This document shows, piece by piece, positions 25,304 through 29,722 of a stretch of 29,722 nucleotides of DNA (position 1 is its first letter; each line of letters starts with the position of its first letter). A model generated the notes under the pieces. The model was given only the letters and a program-made list of their open reading frames with translations, made no database searches and was not told where the DNA came from. A program made the translations under genes and the position numbers. This DNA is from a virus (taxonomy: Duplodnaviria > Caudoviricetes), in IMG/VR virus record IMGVR_UViG_3300012952_000082, positions 1-29,722 of that record. One strand, written 5' to 3'.

Positions 25304-26053
25304 ATGACAATACCTCCACAATTAATACAAGCAGGCGTCCAAGTTGGAATCGGTTTAATGGCTAAGGGAAAAGCTAATAAAATGGATGAGCAATTACAAA
25401 CTGCTCAAACAAATTTAGAAACAGCTATTGATAGTAGACCAGATATAATAAATCCATATGCCGGTGTTCAAGCTTACCAAGCTGAAGATTTATCACATAT
25501 GATAAAAAATCCTTATGCTAACCTTAGAGTAGCTACGAAAGCCACTGAAATACAGATGGAACAGACAGATCAAGCTCTAGCAAACACTCTAGACACTTTA
25601 GCCGTCAGTGGTATGGGGGCTGGTGGCGCAACAGCTTTAGCGCAAGCAGCGGCAAAAGGCAAACAAGATATTGCTGCTGATATAGCACAACAAGAGGTTA
25701 ATAATGACAAATTAAGAGCTCAAGGCGAAATGCAGGTTATGCAAGCTAAAATGGCTGAAGGTCAAAGAATACAAGGTATTGAACAATCTGAAGCTGCTAG
25801 GGTACAAAATGCAAACGCAGCTGGTGAACAATTTATGTTTCAACAAGCAGACGCAAGAGCAACACAAGACATGGATAGAGCTCAAGCAGAATTAGATAAC
25901 TTACAAGCTCAGCAAAATCAATACAACAGTGATGCGGCTAGTAGTTTTGGCTCTGCTGCTGGTACTGCTTTTGGAAGTGTTAGTATGAATTCTAGTGGAG
26001 ACTGGAGTTGGGCAACTTCTAACAATCAATCAAACACGCCGGGAAATCCATAA
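25304..26053 (+). CDS. Internal virion (ejection) protein 1 (249 aa; possible 281-aa frameshift isoform)
   Basis: A/Q/G-rich helical protein with glycine-rich hydrophobic stretches (GVQVGIGLM, GMGAGGATALAQAA), located after the tail genes as in podoviruses. Confidence 0.65.
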   Translation: MTIPPQLIQAGVQVGIGLMAKGKANKMDEQLQTAQTNLETAIDSRPDIINPYAGVQAYQAEDLSHMIKNPYANLRVATKATEIQMEQTDQALANTLDTLAVSGMGAGGATALAQAAAKGKQDIAADIAQQEVNNDKLRAQGEMQVMQAKMAEGQRIQGIEQSEAARVQNANAAGEQFMFQQADARATQDMDRAQAELDNLQAQQNQYNSDAASSFGSAAGTAFGSVSMNSSGDWSWATSNNQSNTPGNP

Positions 26054-26148
26054 CCGGGAGCGGTAATAATACTCAAAATGAATTTTCTGATGATGAATGG
26101 AACGCTATAAACTTTGGCATAGACGCTTTTAGCTCACTATATAATTAA
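26041..26148 (+). other. Candidate -1 programmed ribosomal frameshift site with 33-codon extension
   Basis: In-frame G_GGA_AAT at 26041-26047, a 5-nt spacer, then hairpin ACCG-GGAG-CGGT. The -1 frame is open to TAA at 26146-26148. Confidence 0.65.
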
Positions 26149-26152
26149 AACT

Positions 26153-28345
26153 ATGGGAACATACACACAACCTTCACAAATAATAGATACTTCTTTTGGA
26201 GACTTTTCAAAAGCTGCAACTGCTTCGTATGATAAAGAGCAAGCTAAAATAGCTGCTCGTCAAAAAAATATGCAGGCAATGGCTGCAAAAGTCTTAAAAG
26301 AAAGACAAAAGAAATTGCTAGCAGCTCAAAACGCTCAACTTAAAAAAGAAGGTGGAATTGCAGAAGAAGTAGCTAATACTGAAGCGGCTGTTCAAGGTTA
26401 TACAGATAACAGACAACATATGGGTTTGAAAATAACTCGTGATGATGGTGGAACCCAAGTAACTCAATTAAATGCAGATAATTGGAATAGCTATAGTAAA
26501 CTTATAGAAAATTACTCTTTATACTCCACTCCTATAAACACAACATCTGGTAAAGGTGAAAGACAATTGGGTTCTGGCTTTGAAGATGATGGATCTGGTA
26601 ATTTTACATATACAGGAGATGATCTATCTACGCCTGGCGTAACTGAATTAGGTTATCAAGTAAAGTTTTCTAAAGATGAGTTAGACTGGTTAGAGCATGC
26701 TATGGTTACAGAAAACAGGCAAGTTAAACTTAATAATAAATTGTTAGGTGGTACACCTAAGATTGAAAATGATCAAGAAACTGACATGCATATAACTGAT
26801 TGGTATAACAGTTATAAAGGTAAGTTTCAAAACGAAGGAGATCTTTCATTGGGTATAGATGGTAGCATGAATGCTCAAATAGAACTGGCAGGAGCTATGA
26901 TGGGTAAGTATGATAAAAACTCACCTCAATATCAACAAAATAGATTAATTTTAGAATCAACTCAAAAAGAAATGCCTGAGTTTATAGGTATGTTAAATAA
27001 TCTTAAAGACTTACAAAAGAAAATAACTAAAAGTAATGGAACTTTAAAAGAAACAAATCAAGTTAATTCTATTAGATATGATTTAGGAGGCACTCCTCAA
27101 GAGCAACAGCAATTTGAATTACAAACTAATTTTGCTCTTGACTGGGGACAGCCAAATACAGCACATAGATTTCACACGTTACTTTCCCCAACTGGTCCTA
27201 AAATAGTTTATTATAATCCTCACATATCTGATAAGGAGTTTATAGTTACTAAAGAAGATGTAGCTAAATGGGCAGAGAATAATGGTAACATGGGTGTTTA
27301 TACATTAGATCAAGAATCATTAGATGTAGTTGAAGAAAATCTGGAAAAAAGTATTAGAACTACAAAACCTGTTTATACAAGGAGTAACAATAAATATCAA
27401 ATAACTAGACAAGATGGTACTGTTACAGAGGTTAGTGAGTCGGAAGCTGCATTAGATTTTTCTACTCAAAATGATTTAACATATGAAGATATTCAATCAT
27501 TTTTCTATGATAAAGATAGAATAGTTGGAAATGGTTTTGGAAATGGAAGTGTAGATGCTGGAGATTTTGATGGACAAAATACATGGCAACTTATAGGTGG
27601 ACCTAAAGCTGAAGGAGGTAAATATGGTTTAAATTGGATTGATATAAGTAAATGTACTAGCGTTGAATGTAAAGAAAGAGCTAGAGCACAACAAGATTAT
27701 ATGGTCGAACATTACATGAATAAATATAGAAAAGATAATTATTCTACTTTAGATACTAAAACTATAAAAACTTTAAAGAAAGATGGAAACAAGCAAAAAG
27801 CAGATTCATTTGTTAGCGGTGAAAGTAAAATAACTTTTAATGATACTAGTTTAAGTGGTTATGGTTTTAAAAGAGATAGTGATGGAGAAAGCGAATATAC
27901 TGTAGAAGAAATAGCTAGTAAATATGATCAATTAAGAGTAACTAATAATAATGGGGTAAATGGTATAGCTGAATTGTTAAATAACGTAGCTAACTACGCA
28001 ACTAGTAGTGGATCACCTATTCAATATATGTCAGGTGCTCAATTAAGAAAAATGTACAGCGATAATGGTTTTCAAGTAGACGCTGCTGATTACCCTGATG
28101 AAGTTAATGGGAGATTAAATCTTTATTACATAGGTGGTAGTGGTACTCCTGCTTCTATATCAATAGGTAGTCAAGCTGAATTTATAAAAAGAGTTGCTAA
28201 ATCTAGCGGCGTTTCTAATGGTGTAGCGACACAGATACAATCAAGCTTTGGTAACACTACACAAGTAACTACAGATATAGTTATGAATAGAACAAATAGT
28301 GAAATATTCGACATGCTATCTTCAGATCTACCAACTTTAGGTTAA
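26153..28345 (+). CDS. Probable internal virion (ejection) protein 2 (730 aa)
   Basis: MGTYTQP start, N-terminal coiled coil, hydrophilic. Assigned by position between the small and the large internal protein genes. Confidence 0.55.
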   Translation: MGTYTQPSQIIDTSFGDFSKAATASYDKEQAKIAARQKNMQAMAAKVLKERQKKLLAAQNAQLKKEGGIAEEVANTEAAVQGYTDNRQHMGLKITRDDGGTQVTQLNADNWNSYSKLIENYSLYSTPINTTSGKGERQLGSGFEDDGSGNFTYTGDDLSTPGVTELGYQVKFSKDELDWLEHAMVTENRQVKLNNKLLGGTPKIENDQETDMHITDWYNSYKGKFQNEGDLSLGIDGSMNAQIELAGAMMGKYDKNSPQYQQNRLILESTQKEMPEFIGMLNNLKDLQKKITKSNGTLKETNQVNSIRYDLGGTPQEQQQFELQTNFALDWGQPNTAHRFHTLLSPTGPKIVYYNPHISDKEFIVTKEDVAKWAENNGNMGVYTLDQESLDVVEENLEKSIRTTKPVYTRSNNKYQITRQDGTVTEVSESEAALDFSTQNDLTYEDIQSFFYDKDRIVGNGFGNGSVDAGDFDGQNTWQLIGGPKAEGGKYGLNWIDISKCTSVECKERARAQQDYMVEHYMNKYRKDNYSTLDTKTIKTLKKDGNKQKADSFVSGESKITFNDTSLSGYGFKRDSDGESEYTVEEIASKYDQLRVTNNNGVNGIAELLNNVANYATSSGSPIQYMSGAQLRKMYSDNGFQVDAADYPDEVNGRLNLYYIGGSGTPASISIGSQAEFIKRVAKSSGVSNGVATQIQSSFGNTTQVTTDIVMNRTNSEIFDMLSSDLPTLG

Positions 28346-28361
28346 TATATAAAATAAAATA

Positions 28362-29722
28362 ATGGATAAATTAACATACGCACAATCTTTAATAGATCAA
28401 GGCTTAGATAAAGAAACTTTTATTTTGGAAATGGATAAATTTGATGCACAAAACATTGTTAATGATGTTGAATGTGGAGAAGGTTTTGAAAAAGACGAAA
28501 ACAATAATTGCGTTCCTGTGGGAAAGCAAGACCCCGCTGTAAATGCTGTGGAGACAGTGGATGTAGAAAACACAGTAGAAGATCCCAATGGGGATTTAGT
28601 ATCGGAAAATATTTTATCGGTATCCTCAGATGGTGATCCATTAAAGACTAATAAAGGTTTTACATATACGGAAACAGAAAAACCTTGGCAAGGAAATAGT
28701 CTTCAAGAAAACTTAGCTAAAATAACTAAAGAACAAGGATTAAGTGAAGATTTTTTTGAAGATCAAACAAATGTTAATAGATTTATAAAAATACTAGAAA
28801 GAGAATACGCTGACGCTACAGTAGAACAACCTAATTTAGACGAAGAATTAAACATGGGTGTTAATTCAATTAAGTCATGGGCTAAGAAGGGTAATAATTT
28901 TTTAAATGGTTATAATCTAAAAGATCCGAATTCTGGAGAACAGCCAAAGTTTGATGAAAATGGAGATATTACTGATCTTTACTTAACATATGTTCGTACT
29001 CATAAGGACTCTTATAATATATCTCCAGAAATTCTTGCTGAAGAAGGATTTGTAGATGATAATGGTTATTATACTTATAACGCTATGAGAGCTGGTTTAG
29101 GTAAGGAAGGTGAAACACCTAACTATCAATACTGGTATAATAAAGCTAAAAGAAATACTAGCGGAGAGCTTTTTAGAACCCCTATTAAGTATGAATTAGA
29201 CAATGATGGTAATATCATAAATTCTGAATTCAACAAACAATTAACTGAAAATACTTACGTAGATCAATTTGGTAATACTTTTAACGTAAACCCTAACTTA
29301 GGGGAATTTTTACCTACTCACATATTAAATGTCAATGAAGAGACAGGTGAAGTAACTAATATTCCAAATCCAGATTTAATTTCTGAAAACTCAACTTTAT
29401 ATCAAAGAGAACAAAACTTTAAAGAAGCTGCACTGAGTCAAGTACCAGACGTTAAAGCTGAAGATTATCAAGTATTAGGGTATGTTTACAAACCTACTAG
29501 TGTTGATGTGAATGTCATGGGTGAAAGAACGGGTGTAGAAAACGCTTTACAAAGAGAAAAATCCCTTGCAATTGCTAATGAAAAAAACATCGCTATAATA
29601 AACGATTTAAAAAGTCAACTTGAAGAATTTGATATTCAAAAAATTACAATTGGAAACGCTATAAAAGGTTTAGCAGAACAAATAAAAAACCCTGATAGTG
29701 ATAAAACCTTATCTGCTTTAAT
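28362..29722 (+). CDS. Large probable internal virion protein 3, 3'-truncated (at least 453 aa; missing from ORF track)
   Basis: ATG at 28362 after an A/T-rich leader. MDKLTYAQSLIDQGLDKETFILEMDKF... stays open to the window end (...PDSDKTLSAL). Very acidic and N-rich. Confidence 0.8.
   Translation, partial: MDKLTYAQSLIDQGLDKETFILEMDKFDAQNIVNDVECGEGFEKDENNNCVPVGKQDPAVNAVETVDVENTVEDPNGDLVSENILSVSSDGDPLKTNKGFTYTETEKPWQGNSLQENLAKITKEQGLSEDFFEDQTNVNRFIKILEREYADATVEQPNLDEELNMGVNSIKSWAKKGNNFLNGYNLKDPNSGEQPKFDENGDITDLYLTYVRTHKDSYNISPEILAEEGFVDDNGYYTYNAMRAGLGKEGETPNYQYWYNKAKRNTSGELFRTPIKYELDNDGNIINSEFNKQLTENTYVDQFGNTFNVNPNLGEFLPTHILNVNEETGEVTNIPNPDLISENSTLYQREQNFKEAALSQVPDVKAEDYQVLGYVYKPTSVDVNVMGERTGVENALQREKSLAIANEKNIAIINDLKSQLEEFDIQKITIGNAIKGLAEQIKNPDSDKTLSAL
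28520..28636 (+). other. Candidate -1 programmed ribosomal frameshift cassette with H-type pseudoknot
   Basis: In-frame G_GGA_AAG at 28520-28526 and a 7-nt spacer. Stem 1 is CCGCTGT/ACAGTGG and stem 2 is TGCTGTG/CACAGTA. The -1 frame gives 36 codons to TGA at 28634-28636. Confidence 0.75.

Noticed and set aside
25366-25372. In-frame G_GGA_AAA heptamer early in ejection protein 1
   Set aside because: The -1 frame stops after one codon (AGC TAA) and there is no obvious downstream structure.
417-28641. All minus-strand ORFs in the track (e.g. 417-692, 1230-1571, 6602-6892, 14620-14925, 28397-28588, 28459-28641)
   Set aside because: They are antisense shadows of strong plus-strand genes, with no recognisable motifs or supporting start context.
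1-29722. Stop-codon reassignment as in some crAss-like phages
   Set aside because: Long ORFs are intact under the standard code. TAG (5839) and TGA (6664, 6881) end genes at sensible overlaps.
28362-29722. Virion RNA polymerase as the identity of the last large ORF
   Set aside because: No DxDxD or other polymerase motif in the visible 453 aa. It cannot be assessed from the truncated gene.

Overview
This is a 29.7-kb, AT-rich, entirely plus-strand virion morphogenesis module of a tailed podovirus-type phage. The host is most likely Bacteroidota (Flavobacteriia-like), judged from A/T-rich start regions with no Shine-Dalgarno and a crAss-like/flavobacterial podophage gene order. Order: head-spike base (Rcc01079-like) and fibre/adhesin genes, small conserved ORFs, a GroES-like co-chaperonin, small and large terminase, portal, scaffold, major capsid protein, two capsid-accessory paralogs, tail ring proteins, a two-gene tail stabilisation (muzzle) protein, then three probable internal virion (ejection) proteins, the last running off the window. 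The most striking feature is a hidden coding layer that the main genes do not explain. There are two in-frame G_GGA_AAN -1 frameshift signals in the ejection-protein genes. One (28520) is followed by a predicted H-type pseudoknot and gives a short Cys-rich product; the other (26041) is followed by a hairpin and gives a C-terminal extension that fills the intergenic gap. There are also +1-frame overprinted ORFs inside the scaffold gene (39 aa, basic) and inside terL (150 aa with a signal/lipoprotein-like N-terminus, and about 67-86 aa). All product calls come from motif recognition and synteny; no database searches were run.
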